Positions 1 through 12,585 of a stretch of 64,000 nt of DNA are shown here, one piece after another. The stretch's first letter is position 1. Each line of letters starts with the position of its first letter. This DNA comes from Fidelibacterota bacterium (lineage in GTDB: Bacteria; Fidelibacterota; UBA8477; JABMPR01). Where the stretch lies: assembly GCA_024278595.1 (NCBI GenBank), contig JAJRSW010000099.1, positions 5,573-69,572 on the forward strand. Direction: 5' to 3'. A model generated the notes under the pieces. It was not told the DNA's origin and did not search any database. It saw nothing but the letters and a program-made list of their open reading frames with translations. The position numbers and the translations under genes are program-made.

Positions 1-3000
1 AAATCCAACATCCATATTAGCTTTGCGGAAGAGTTGTTGTAATTGAATGATCTCCTTGGGGTGCATGGCCCGACGAATACGGTAGGTCCCACCTTTACTG
101 TCATGACGGGAGATCATGATCTCTATTTCAGCCAGAGTTGTGGAGCGGGTTGCGATCAATTCAATATCTTCACTGGGTGGCAATTCAGGGAATGCCAGTC
201 GTTTCAGAAAAAATGCATCATATTCGTCCAGGTCTTGCTGACTGATGTATTGACTGATCTCACTTTGGAGACTTAGACCGTCTAAAGCATGGTTTTGCAT
301 GTTTTTTGCCAGCTTTTTCAGATATTCCTTGATGCTTTTATCTGCTTCCGAGAAAACAGTCTGATAAAATAGCTGAACCCGTGCATCCGGATATTCCGGT
401 TCGCAGTCCTGAATGTGATAGTCCTGGAAAAGTCCTTTGAGGAAATGAGCTTTGGCTTTTAAGGTGGCTTCCTGATTCAGGGATATCCAACGATGATAAC
501 GACGACTGGCAAAATAGACCGATTTGGCCTGAAAGCCCTTTTCCTGCACATTGACCAGAAATGATTCCAGGTCTGTTCTGCGAGCAGGGCTAATAGCTGG
601 ATCATCAAGCAGGGCCTCAAAAAATTCTGGGCTATGTTTTTGCCCCAGGGCTTCGCGGATCGCGTAGTAGATGATGTTCGATCTGGCACATAGCTTAAAA
701 TTTGCGAAATCCCCTTCAGTTTTCCTGACGAAGAGCGAGTCCAGATTCTCTAGAAATTCCAACTGGCTGTTTACCGATCGAATGCCTGAGATCGAGACCA
801 GGCGGCCACCAACATAGTAGTCATGAACAGGTACGACGATCTTCCCCGGGCTGGGATCTGTGATCATCTTTTTAAAGCGAGTTCTTTTCCAGAAACTGGT
901 ATAAGTATAGATACCGGTCCATACAAAGTGGGGCCACAGGTATTCCGGTGCCGGCATTTCATCGGAGGAACCAGCCCAGACCGCCTGCTTCAAATATTGT
1001 CTCACGGTGAGACCCGGGATAAACTCTTCCGACCAGAGGTCACCCTCTGGTTGATATGAGCCAAGGGTTTCCACCAATTGGTCCATTTTATTCTCCCTGA
1101 AACAGGCCAGGAGCCAATACAGCTCGGTAGTGAGCTGTTCTGGTTTCAGATTATCATTCAGATTAATGGCGAATTTGTAACTGCGCTCAGTACTTTGTAC
1201 TGTGGCACGATAAACAGTCTTCCCATGGGCGGTCCCTAAAAGTGTGATCCAAATTCCCTGGGGCGGTATATCCTGAAGGGTCAATTGTTTTCCAGCAAAA
1301 AATAGATACATCGACTCGTTTAAAAATGAGCTATTTTTAAAGGCATGAATGATCCTCTGGCGATGATCCCCGCCAACCGGCTTATCAAACATAAGCACAT
1401 CTTCCCAACTAAGGGCTTGGTCCAAATAGAAATCAGAGCTGGCAGCTTCGATCTCACCCATGGCTTGTGAAAAATTTTGATTTATACTGGCATAAACAGA
1501 CAGGAAGTGTGAGGTCAGCTTATTTTTTGAGGGGCGGTTGACTACCACACTGATCAGGGCCGAGCGAATGGTGGCGTAAAATTGCGGGTATTGCTTTGAC
1601 CAGGACAGTAGGATCCCCAAAATATTTCGGAGTAGTATGCTTGGCTCAGACGCCTCAATTTCCTGATTGGACAACCACTTGAGGAAGTCAGTAGCCAGAG
1701 ACACCTTGTGGATATTAATATTTGACCAAGATGGGATCTGCGGGTCTTCCGAGAAGAGCAGTTTCTGCGCCAGGGCATAATTCACAACTCGCTCCAGCTC
1801 ATTGGCCGGATATAGTGCCACTACCTGTTCCACTGCAAATTGTGATTGGGCCAGGTCATCTGAGCGGATCAATCGCAAGAAAGCGTAGCGGATGATATGC
1901 CGCCTGCTATCCCCAGATTTAGCATAGATCCGAGCCAGCAGTCGAAAAGCCGCCTGAGAGGGATGAAGCGTCTGGGAATAGATCAGATGGATAACCGGTT
2001 TCAGGGCTTCAATGGAGTTGTCGGCGTGCTCCAGGGCTTTTTGGATCTGCTCACCATACTGAGTCTGCTCATCTGCAGAAGATTCCAGATCAACCCAGGT
2101 ACCAGGCAACCAGTCAGGTGTCTGGTTCAAGGCCTTGATCCTTAAATTCGGATAATCAAGAAAGATCTCTAACTCGGTATTACCAATACAATAAGCCGGT
2201 TGCCGAATGAATTCGTCAAACTGAAGCACACGGCCTTCGAATTGATAGAAAAATGCACCAATGCGGATCTCACCGTTTCCGGGTTCGATCCTTAGCGAGA
2301 ATTTTTGATCTCGATGTCTGAGAATGTGGCCGGTGACCTCAAGATCGTTTTGGGTCCAGCCCCTTTGGGAGAATACCCAATTAGGAATTTGAACTTCCAG
2401 GTCATCCATAAAAAACGACTTATAGGGTCTTTCGTATAAGGCTTCAACCGTTTCGGCAAAGTGCTTCAGGATAGTACTACGTTTATAGGTCCCCTTTTCC
2501 GTCAACTCACCCTGGTCTTTATTGAAATCTCGATTTACCAAACGGAAATCAACGATCCGTTCGAAGGGTGCCAGGAATGAATTGACCGAGTGGATCACTG
2601 TGGCCACATAATCACGCAGTTCCTGTTCACTGTTCCTGATTTCCAGCAGATCTTCATGCTTGCGATTGATCCTTACCAGAGCAGTATTGTAGGGCCTGTG
2701 ATCACCCACAATAAATAACTGCTGGATACTATCAAAATCGCGAAACATATTCTCGATCTTTTGCGGGGCAATGGTTTGGCCCTTGGCATTTTTATAAATT
2801 TCTTTCTTGCGGTCGATGATCTCGATCTGACCATTCTTCAGGGTCTGAAAAATGTCTCCAGTAGTAAACCAGCCATCGGGCCGATCATCAGGTTCAATGG
2901 GTTTCCAGTAGCTGCTGGAAACGTAGGCCCCACGAATCCACAATTCTCCATCCTCAACGATCTTGATCTCCATGCCGGGGAGGGGCAGTCCCACGGAATT

Positions 3001-4343
3001 CTCGATATACCCATCAGTGGGGGTCATGGTAATGCCGCCAGTAGCTTCTGTCATCCCATATCCACTATGGAGATGCAGATCATGGGTCTGAAAGAAGCGG
3101 AAGATCTCTGGAGGCAGGTATCCAGCGGCAGACAGACCCCAGCGGAGAGCACCACCGGTTACATCGTTAACCACTTCATGGATCTTTTTTGCGTCCTCAT
3201 TAACAATATCAATCCGACCACCGATGGTCTCGTAGATATCCTGCCAACGTTTGGGAATACTGATCAAAACCGTGGGATTGATATCGCGCAGGTCACTGAG
3301 CAGCGACTGAATGCCCTTCCCACTGGAAAAGGTGTATTCTGCCCCCCAGAATATGGATCCCCACATTTCCAGAAATCTACCGAAGGTGTGGAAGAGGGGC
3401 AGGAAACTGAGAAACCGATCTGCTGGACCTAAATTCAAGGCCAGAGATCGGGCAAATCGTTTGGATATGATATTCTCGTAAGTGAACACGATTCCTTTGG
3501 GATGACCAGTTGTCCCGGAAGTATACATGATGCTGGCAACCCTATCCAATGATACAGACAGCCTGATTCCCGCCAGCCAGTTCAGCGAATCCCCGGTGCC
3601 GCCATCTTCCACCAGCCTTTTAAACGGCTTGACCAACGGATTGGTTGAGACCACATTATTGTAGGTAATAATATGTTTTACGCGAGGCAAACCAGGCAAA
3701 ATGTTTTCGATGGTCCGCAAGTGCTGAGAATCTGAAACAAAAATACCCTCGATCTCAGCATGCTGGAGGATGTATTCAATTTGGGCGGGTGGAGCAGCTG
3801 GCTGAATGGGCACATTTACAAAGCCATAACTAAGACAGGCAATATCGGTGCAGGCAACCTCCAGACGGTTTTCGGACAAAATTGCTATTCTGGGATTATT
3901 GTTGCCCATGAGGTCGATTAGACCGGCTGCCAGATGGTCAACTGTATTGCTGATGGCTGACCAGGAACGGGTTTGCCATTCACGACCCTGCTTAAATTTG
4001 AACAGGGATTTTTTCCCCAGCTGTTCAGTACGACGTTGGAAGAGGACACCAGGCGTATAGTCCAATTTCCGGATAAGTTCCATTTCAAGATTAAACCACT
4101 GGTCCTGGATATCATATTTTTTGATGAGAGCAGTAAAGGTTGGATTCCAGCCCTGTTCCAACAGGTGGCGTTGTCTTTCAGGACTCCCTGAAGCGAGAAT
4201 ATGAGCACCAAATATGAGAATAGCTTCACTCCAGTTAGCTGGGTCAACCAGGTCATGCTGGTTCAGGTCATCGAAATATAACTCGATCTCTGATTCGATT
4301 TCCTGTGAACCAGTTTCCAGACTATTTATGAGGGTGCGAAGCA
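1..4343 (-). CDS. Adenylate-forming enzyme with an N-terminal long-chain acyl-CoA synthetase-like AMP-binding domain fused to a C-terminal region of more than 850 aa of unknown function. The 3' end runs off the window, so the protein exceeds 1447 aa.
   Basis: Manual minus-strand translation from GTG at 4343 (in-frame TAA just upstream) is continuous to position 1. The AMP-binding signature IMYTSGTTGHPKGIVFT lies at about 3480-3530 and the motif GWFTTGDI...IIDRKKEIYK at about 2850. No minus-strand stop occurs in this frame, so the ORF track lists only antisense shadow ORFs here. Confidence 0.7.
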
Positions 4344-4704
4344 ATAAACTCACCTGATTATCCTTTTAATTGAGCCAGTAACATAGAAAGGATAGCTTTG
4401 ACATGCAATTTAATTGCTGTTGCCCATTTGCTGAAGAAGCCAAGAGTTTCAGAAAATAGCGATGCGGGTCAAAATAGCCCTTTTTTAGGCCAATAATTGT
4501 GATGTTTTAGGTCCGGATAAGATTATTATGATCTGAATGTTGATTTTCGTCAAATGGTGTAGAAATGGCACAAGATTTGTCTCACTAGGAAAGCAATGAA
4601 AAATTTTTCACAAACATCGGATAATTCAGCGACTGGCGTCTCGATCGCATTAATGGACATGCGGCAACAGGAGATCAGTATGGAGGCTGAGATCCAACTT
4701 TTAG

Positions 4705-6054
<1,350 letters not shown>

Positions 6055-6080
6055 TACCAAATTCAAATAAAAGATGTCTT

Positions 6081-6112
6081 AAAAAGCACGGGTCATTCCC
6101 GTGCTTTTTTAA
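6081..6112 (+). terminator. Rho-independent terminator downstream of gdhA
   Basis: GC-rich hairpin aaagcacggg...cccgtgctttttt followed by a T-tract, 27 nt after the gdhA stop. Confidence 0.7.
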
Positions 6113-6167
6113 TTATTACAATAGCTGAGTTGCCCGTAGTCTTACCTGCGCTTTTTATTCACCTGCC

Positions 6168-6203
6168 CAAAATAAAAAGCGCAGCTAACTCTGCGCTTTT
6201 TGT
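6168..6203 (-). terminator. Rho-independent terminator for the convergent minus-strand gene 6283-8049
   Basis: Hairpin aaagcgcag-ctaact-ctgcgcttt. It is flanked by A-run and T-run, so it is U-rich on the minus strand. Confidence 0.65.
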
Positions 6204-6282
6204 TTAGATCTAACTTTGTATGTATGGGTCAGGCAGGTATTTCGTCACTAACACGCGCTTTGAAGTTCTGGTAAAATTTATC

Positions 6283-8049
6283 TCAACGCTGACCCTGCTT
6301 TTCAATGGCTTCACTTAAAGAGGGCAGGTTCTCGCCTTGAAAAGCGATACCCCTCGCCAGATCCTTACAATACTCAAAACCCCGTTGCATATTCTCATAG
6401 AAAGTATCCAGGGCTTTTTGGGCCCTTATGTTCCCCAGGGCATCATCCACCATGGATTGAAAATAATCCACATAAAGCTGGATCTCTTTGGCAAACATGT
6501 GGGGTCGATCTTTGGAAAGTAATTCTTTACCCCGGCCATAGATCTGGTCCACCATTTCTTCCAGGGAGTAGTAACGGTTGAACCAGGATAGATTGGGTCC
6601 GGGACAAATAGCCTGGGGGGAACGTTCAGCCCGTGCGATACCTAAACTGATCAAGGCTCCGTTGCCGAGGTGTTCACAGAGACAGGCTTTGGCCAGCACC
6701 TTATTGATGGCGGAGTCCTGCTCTGCACCAGAGTCGCAGGCAGTATTGATCTCTTTAAGCTTGTGTGTCATGTATTCTGTCGAGGCGGTACAGATGGGTA
6801 ATTCAGTGAACTCAGTATTTGAAACCAGGAAACCCTTAGGACAGGGTGAGCCTGGTTTACCCTTGATATAGCGTGAGATACCCCATTTTTCTGATCCGGA
6901 ATCTTTAAGATTATTAAAGGGGACGCCCAGGGGAGAGGCACCACTCAAATAAAGCGAGTCGTCTGTTGAATTCATGAGCTGCATCCGGGTCGGAGTGTCA
7001 ATGGGAGTGGCTTCCGGTACCAGCAGAAAGGGGCTGGCCCAACCTGTGCGGTCAATGCCATAGCCTTTTTCCAGGCGTTGCACCTCGCCGTGATTCCCAA
7101 TGCCACCCTGGACCGTAATTTCAGGATGGTGCTCCAGATCTGCCGGGTAATCCCAACCCATTTTATCATAAAAACGCTTGATTATCGGTTGAAACTGGGT
7201 GCCCAGCTCTGTGCGCTTTTCCTTAAAGTCGTTGAGGAGAATGGGCAAGAGGTGTCCTGGTGAGGCAAAGGCGTGCCCCCCGCAGTTCAAGCCGGATTCG
7301 ATCCTGAATTCGGATATTTCCAGACCTTTCTTTGCCATATACCGTCCCTGGATCATGGCGGAACGAAAATCACTTACCTTCAGGATGATCTTTTTCTGGA
7401 TCACACCTTCATGGTCGCGATAAAAGTCTTTATATTTGGTCATGTAGCCGTAGAGACTTTGATTGATACCTGCTGAAAAGACCATGGCAGAATCAAGTTT
7501 GCTCTTGGCAAATCCCCGTAGAGCAGCCTTGGCATCTGAAAATTCCTCACCCAGGGGTTTGCCATGTTTATCAGTATCTATCCGGTCTACTTTAACCATG
7601 ATATTGACATCAATGCCGCCAGGACTCATTTTTTGACTCAGCTCACTGGCGATCTTTTTACGGTTTCCCCCTGGTTTGCTAGCCATCAAATCGTGATAAG
7701 CCTGCTTTAGACTGCTGGTGTCGGGGAGTAATTCAAAATAGCGTGATTTATCATTCTTTTCAAAAAATGGTAAGGCTCGAACCTGTTCCATTTTCAGCTC
7801 AACAATTTCGTGGACCATATTCAGATAGGCAGTGATGCGTTTGGCCCGACCATCATCCTCACGGGGAGATATTCGTTCGAATGGTAGATCGTATTTGGCC
7901 GTGTAGAATTTTCTCAGTCGTTCAAGCAGAATGTCATCAATAATAGAGATGACAGACGTAATGCCCAAATGAGCCAAACGAATGGGGGTGTCTATATAAT
8001 GACCGGTTCCCATGACAGGTATATGAAAATTATGAATGGGTACTGACAC
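6283..8049 (-). CDS. Hypothetical protein of 588 aa with no secure family assignment. It may be a TIM-barrel-like oxidoreductase, with GGIG and CGG motifs.
   Basis: Long uninterrupted ORF with coding-like composition. Internal motifs GLNCGGHAF and ITVQGGIGNHGE. No signal peptide is seen. Confidence 0.6.
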   Translation of the reverse strand: MSVPIHNFHIPVMGTGHYIDTPIRLAHLGITSVISIIDDILLERLRKFYTAKYDLPFERISPREDDGRAKRITAYLNMVHEIVELKMEQVRALPFFEKNDKSRYFELLPDTSSLKQAYHDLMASKPGGNRKKIASELSQKMSPGGIDVNIMVKVDRIDTDKHGKPLGEEFSDAKAALRGFAKSKLDSAMVFSAGINQSLYGYMTKYKDFYRDHEGVIQKKIILKVSDFRSAMIQGRYMAKKGLEISEFRIESGLNCGGHAFASPGHLLPILLNDFKEKRTELGTQFQPIIKRFYDKMGWDYPADLEHHPEITVQGGIGNHGEVQRLEKGYGIDRTGWASPFLLVPEATPIDTPTRMQLMNSTDDSLYLSGASPLGVPFNNLKDSGSEKWGISRYIKGKPGSPCPKGFLVSNTEFTELPICTASTEYMTHKLKEINTACDSGAEQDSAINKVLAKACLCEHLGNGALISLGIARAERSPQAICPGPNLSWFNRYYSLEEMVDQIYGRGKELLSKDRPHMFAKEIQLYVDYFQSMVDDALGNIRAQKALDTFYENMQRGFEYCKDLARGIAFQGENLPSLSEAIEKQGQR

Positions 8050-8306
8050 GAAATAAACCTCATGAATTATTCTTGGTTAGGACTTTCAAAACTAGGACTT
8101 ATGGCCTTTCAAGCCATTGGGACATAGTTGGGTTAATACTAAACGAGAATGTCTTGATTTCAATAAAAGAATCAAAACAGTTCATTAACAATAACACTTT
8201 TTGGTAACTAGGCTCAATTAGGCTGAACCGGGGGGACGGTGTAACTATTCAGACTTGTTGTTTCAGGCAAGCATCTAATCTGATTATCAGCAACCCAAGA
8301 TTGAAT

Positions 8307-11288
8307 TTACCCACCATCCTCGCCAGGTGATTCAGAGCACCCGGGATGCCAGATATGACCAGTTCCCTGTAGGCCATCAACCTGAATAATAAAGGGTTGT
8401 TCAAAATGAAAATGCTTCAAATACTTCAGCGCGGTGGCCGGTGTTTGATCTTTGAACCAGGTCAGATTCATATCGGTCTCCAGACGGCGCGGTGGGATGG
8501 TGAAATAGCTGATCCCCAGAGAAGTGATGTTCTGGAAAAAATGACTGCCAAAAGACGGTTCCACATAGAGATCGGGTAGACCCACTTCCACGATGGATCG
8601 TGCATTTGAGATGTAATTCCAACTGACGGGGATACCCAGCATGGGATCGGCAGTTCCCCAACGACCAGGGCCAACCAGCAGGTAAGGGTGGTCGGGGCTG
8701 AATTTGCGATTCAGCTCACGGATCTCCATGGCGATCTGCTGGCTTTTAAGAATATCGAATCTATCCAGGTCGATATAGATCAGATCACAAATTTCAATAT
8801 TGTCGCCGTTCCCCAGACAGATCTCACTACAGAACAGTTCAGCCCCTTTTTGAGCCGACTCCATATTCACCATTTGAGGACGCTCGTAGGTGACCATGGG
8901 TCGGATCTGGAGGATAGACAGCTCGGCGGGTTCGTCTGGTTCCGTGGGTAAATTGACGGCAAATTCCATCTCAACTTCGCAACCCATTCCCAGTTTGCCA
9001 AATTCCATCAGGTCGATGAGGATATTTGCCAGAGGTAGACTCTTCCATTTTAAAATATTAGCAAAAGTAATTATGCGTGGTCCAGCTTCAAACAGACTTT
9101 CACGAAAACGGCCATCTTGAAAGGAGTAGACACTGGCGATCTGATCCAAATTGCCATGCTCCTCGGCTGTTTTTAAGTCTAACTGAGTCAGGTTCGAACT
9201 TTCTCCATGCGTTAAAGGGGCGTTACAATCCGACATACCAAGGGCATAGAAATGGCTCTGACTATTTTTCAAAATGGATTGTTGATCATAGAACTGAGGC
9301 AGAACATCTGGTTTTCGGGGGCTGAACTTCAGGGCTTTTTCCCCGTTTACAACCGTCCGTCCCAAACCCAGACACATGGTCACCATGCCCTCATCGCGTT
9401 GCATGGAACCCTGAGGGTAGTAATTAACGGTTTGGATCACACCTGAAAAATTCGGGTAATAGTGATCACCGTACTTCCGGCCACTCAAATGCTGGATCAC
9501 GATGGCCATTTTTTCGTCTTCGGGGCGATTGCCTGTGGAATTGAGGTAGGCAATGGCCTCCCGATGAAATCCAGAAGCATAGACCAGTTTCAAAGCCTCC
9601 AGCAATTGAAAGATCCGCGTATCCAGGGCTGGTGCACAATTGGGTAGCATATATGTGGAATATATTCCGGCAAATGGCTGAAAAAGGGAATCCTCTAACA
9701 GACTGGAGGATCGAACAGCCAGTGGTCCGGCATGATTCCCCAGGTAGGCGTGCAGTTGTTCTGTGAAATTGCCCGGGAATACAGCTTTCCGGAAAAGATC
9801 GTCGATCTCTTCATTGGATTCCGCAGCAAGCGCTTTGAGTCGCAGATTATTAATATCCAGGAAACGGTCATACACATCGGTAGCAATGACTGCGAATTGT
9901 GGCACATCCACCTTGATCTCGGTGGTCTCCCGACTGAAATCAAAGCGCCGCAGATGGGCACTCAAGAAGGCCAATCCACGGGCTTTACCACCAATGGAAC
10001 CGCCGCCGATCCGGACTGCTTTCATGGACGGATCATAAGTATCAATATTGAAATAACTGACCTTATCAAACTGGTTCGCTGAACGATATGATTCTATGGC
10101 GGCCAACAGAATCTCGCGGAATTCTTCTGGATCCTCAAAGTCCTCGATATTGATGGGTTTTAAATAATCAGCCAGGTCGAAATGACCACGGACTGCCAGC
10201 CAGTTCGAAAAATGATCTCGACGAGCATGGTAGCTAATGCTTTGCATGGGAACTGAGGAGAGGGCAGCAGTAAGTGCATTCAAATGTCTTACTTTGGCAA
10301 TGGTCTTACCTGCCTGAGTGCTAAAATCAAGATCCCCGAAACCACAATGACGAACGACAAAATTCTGTAGGCTTTGAACCAAGTGGGGCGAGTTCTTATC
10401 CAGGAAGTAAGCACCGAGTTCCATGGCGGTAACTTCATTCTCACCATCCATGGATTGCATCAGCACCGGCATGCTCGGGTTCTTTTTTTGAACAATCCGG
10501 ATAAATTTTGCCCCGGCTTTTGGATCCAGAACATTATTTCTGGGATACCTCACATCAGTGATGACCGCCAGCATGTGATTTTTGTACTGCCGGTATAATT
10601 CCACAGCTTCCTCAAATGTAGTCGCCAACAGGATCTTGGGTCGCGAGCGCATTCGAAATAACCGTAATTCATCGTTGTACTCATTCTTCATCAGCTTGTG
10701 GGTCGTATTGATGATCACATTGTAAAGCATGGGTAGGAAAATGGAATAGAATTTGGGAGAATCTTCAACAACGATGATTGCTCGGACGCCCCCCTTAAGA
10801 ATATCCCGGGGAGCGTTCATCCCGTCTTCTATATATTTGACAATGGCGGTGAAGATATTGGAATCCCCATGCCAGATGAAGGCTCTGTCGATGCCTTCCA
10901 GATTGTCAACCCTTTGTGTCGCCCATTTATACTCGCGACGATTTGAGGCCAGGAGGATCACAGGTATGGATGCGTGTTTCCGTTTGATCTTACGCCCGAG
11001 TTGAAAGGGATCCATATCTGAGATGCGGGTCATGGTTATGACCAGATCATAGTGACGGGCCCGGAGTTTTCTAAGTGCATGATCTCCCGTAGAAACTCTG
11101 GTGATCCGGGGTGCACTAGTGAGGTTCATGTCCTGGTATTCAGTGAAGATCATTTCACCGAGGCGACCGTCCTCTTCCAATTTGAAGGCATCATACAGGC
11201 TGGAGATCAGGAGGATCTCGTGGATCCGATTCTGCATCATGTCTCTAAAACCTGGGCGTTGCTTGAGCGGCAGTACGTTTTTAAACAT
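8307..11288 (-). CDS. Response-regulator-like protein with two N-terminal receiver (REC)-like domains fused to a PEP/pyruvate-binding ATP-grasp domain (PPDK_N of pyruvate,water/phosphate dikinases). It has no phosphohistidine or PEP-utilising C-terminal domain.
   Basis: 993 aa. REC-like segments run about residues 20-130 and 160-290 (for example AIIVVEDSP...MLAVITDVRYP). The PPDK_N hallmark RIGGGSIGGKARGLAFL lies at about residue 420. Confidence 0.75.
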   Translation of the reverse strand: MFKNVLPLKQRPGFRDMMQNRIHEILLISSLYDAFKLEEDGRLGEMIFTEYQDMNLTSAPRITRVSTGDHALRKLRARHYDLVITMTRISDMDPFQLGRKIKRKHASIPVILLASNRREYKWATQRVDNLEGIDRAFIWHGDSNIFTAIVKYIEDGMNAPRDILKGGVRAIIVVEDSPKFYSIFLPMLYNVIINTTHKLMKNEYNDELRLFRMRSRPKILLATTFEEAVELYRQYKNHMLAVITDVRYPRNNVLDPKAGAKFIRIVQKKNPSMPVLMQSMDGENEVTAMELGAYFLDKNSPHLVQSLQNFVVRHCGFGDLDFSTQAGKTIAKVRHLNALTAALSSVPMQSISYHARRDHFSNWLAVRGHFDLADYLKPINIEDFEDPEEFREILLAAIESYRSANQFDKVSYFNIDTYDPSMKAVRIGGGSIGGKARGLAFLSAHLRRFDFSRETTEIKVDVPQFAVIATDVYDRFLDINNLRLKALAAESNEEIDDLFRKAVFPGNFTEQLHAYLGNHAGPLAVRSSSLLEDSLFQPFAGIYSTYMLPNCAPALDTRIFQLLEALKLVYASGFHREAIAYLNSTGNRPEDEKMAIVIQHLSGRKYGDHYYPNFSGVIQTVNYYPQGSMQRDEGMVTMCLGLGRTVVNGEKALKFSPRKPDVLPQFYDQQSILKNSQSHFYALGMSDCNAPLTHGESSNLTQLDLKTAEEHGNLDQIASVYSFQDGRFRESLFEAGPRIITFANILKWKSLPLANILIDLMEFGKLGMGCEVEMEFAVNLPTEPDEPAELSILQIRPMVTYERPQMVNMESAQKGAELFCSEICLGNGDNIEICDLIYIDLDRFDILKSQQIAMEIRELNRKFSPDHPYLLVGPGRWGTADPMLGIPVSWNYISNARSIVEVGLPDLYVEPSFGSHFFQNITSLGISYFTIPPRRLETDMNLTWFKDQTPATALKYLKHFHFEQPFIIQVDGLQGTGHIWHPGCSESPGEDGG

Positions 11289-11490
11289 GGGAGAACTTAA
11301 TTAATAATCAATAATTAATAATTAATAAATAGGAGTATTAAGGTCTCAGGGATGACCAATCCTGAACATTGGAAATAGTTCATAAGTGAATATATTGAAT
11401 AAGGACTGATCTACTTATACATGTATCTTGGCATGTTGTTTGTTTAAAGTAAATCGTGATTAAGAAAGTCATAAAAGTTGGGAGCCAAGG

Positions 11491-12585
11491 ATGAATTTCG
11501 GGATCCTCCGTGAAAGTCGTTTAAATGAAAAACGGGTCTGTATAACACCCAATGGTGCCAAATCTCTGGTAAAACGTGAGCAAACCGTCTTTGTTGAGTC
11601 TGGCGCAGGCCTGGCCAGTGGATTCTCAGATCAAGCTTATATCGAGAATGGGGCTCGGATCGTTTTTAGCCATGAAGAACTCTATGGACGTTCAGATGTG
11701 CTGTTAAAAGTGCTGCCTGTTACCGAAGACTCGCTGGAGCATATCCGGGAGGGTCAGACGATTTTTTCCTTTCAACATCTCTCAGTGAGTTCTGAACAAG
11801 TATTCCAGGGTTTGATGGATAAGAAGGTCACCCTGGTCGGTATGGAGATCATGGAAGAGGCTGACGGTTCAAGACCCATTCTAACGATCATGAGTGAATT
11901 AGCCGGACAAATGGCTCCGGTCATTGCCGGAAATTATTTGGGAAGAGATCCCATGGGTCGTGGTGTATTACTGGGGAGTGTTCCCGGTGTGGCACCGGCC
12001 TCTGTGGTACTTATTGGGGCAGGACAAGTGGGGGTGAGTGCTGCCAGGGCATTTTTGGGCTTGGGCGCTCAGGTCCATATTCTGGATCGTGACCTTAACC
12101 AACTCCGGAAGGTGCGGGGCTTACTGGGAGACCAGGTGACCACGCTTTATGCGAATCAGGCGGCCATCGAAAAATGCCTGATATTTGCCGATGTAGTTTG
12201 CACCGCCATTTTAGATCGCGGCGCGTTAACACCGCATGTGATCTCCAGGGAAATGATCAAAAAGATGAAGCATCTGGCTGTGTTCATAGATTATTCAGTT
12301 GATGAAGGTGGTGCCAGTGAGACGACCCGGCCAACCCTGCTGGCTGATCCAGTATATATTGATGAGGACGTTATTCACTATTGTGTTCCAAACATTACTG
12401 CCGGAATAAACCGAACCACTTCCATAGCCTTGAGCAATGTGCTTTCAAAATACCTTAACCAGATCGCTGAACAGGGAGTTGAAAAAACCATCAAGGGCTC
12501 ATTCGCCTTAAGAAAGGGACTCTACACCCTTGAAGGACGCAATATGCAGCCCGTGCTGAACCGCAGATTCGGAATAAAGATTTAA
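11491..12585 (+). CDS. Alanine dehydrogenase/PNT-family NAD(P)-dependent dehydrogenase, such as alanine dehydrogenase or a related amino-acid dehydrogenase
   Basis: 364 aa. N-terminus MNFGILRESRLNEKRVCITP resembles Ald MKIGVPKEIKNNENRVALTP. The NAD-binding motif is VLIGAGQVGVSAARAF. A GGAG RBS is present. Confidence 0.8.
   Translation: MNFGILRESRLNEKRVCITPNGAKSLVKREQTVFVESGAGLASGFSDQAYIENGARIVFSHEELYGRSDVLLKVLPVTEDSLEHIREGQTIFSFQHLSVSSEQVFQGLMDKKVTLVGMEIMEEADGSRPILTIMSELAGQMAPVIAGNYLGRDPMGRGVLLGSVPGVAPASVVLIGAGQVGVSAARAFLGLGAQVHILDRDLNQLRKVRGLLGDQVTTLYANQAAIEKCLIFADVVCTAILDRGALTPHVISREMIKKMKHLAVFIDYSVDEGGASETTRPTLLADPVYIDEDVIHYCVPNITAGINRTTSIALSNVLSKYLNQIAEQGVEKTIKGSFALRKGLYTLEGRNMQPVLNRRFGIKI

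Noticed and set aside
2761-3432. 223-aa plus-strand ORF
   Set aside because: It is an antisense shadow ORF inside the minus-strand acyl-CoA-synthetase fusion gene. The minus strand carries the unmistakable AMP-binding motifs.
11289-11350. taattaataa simple repeat
   Set aside because: It is a low-complexity AT-rich promoter spacer between divergent genes. Nothing suggests function beyond promoter AT-richness.
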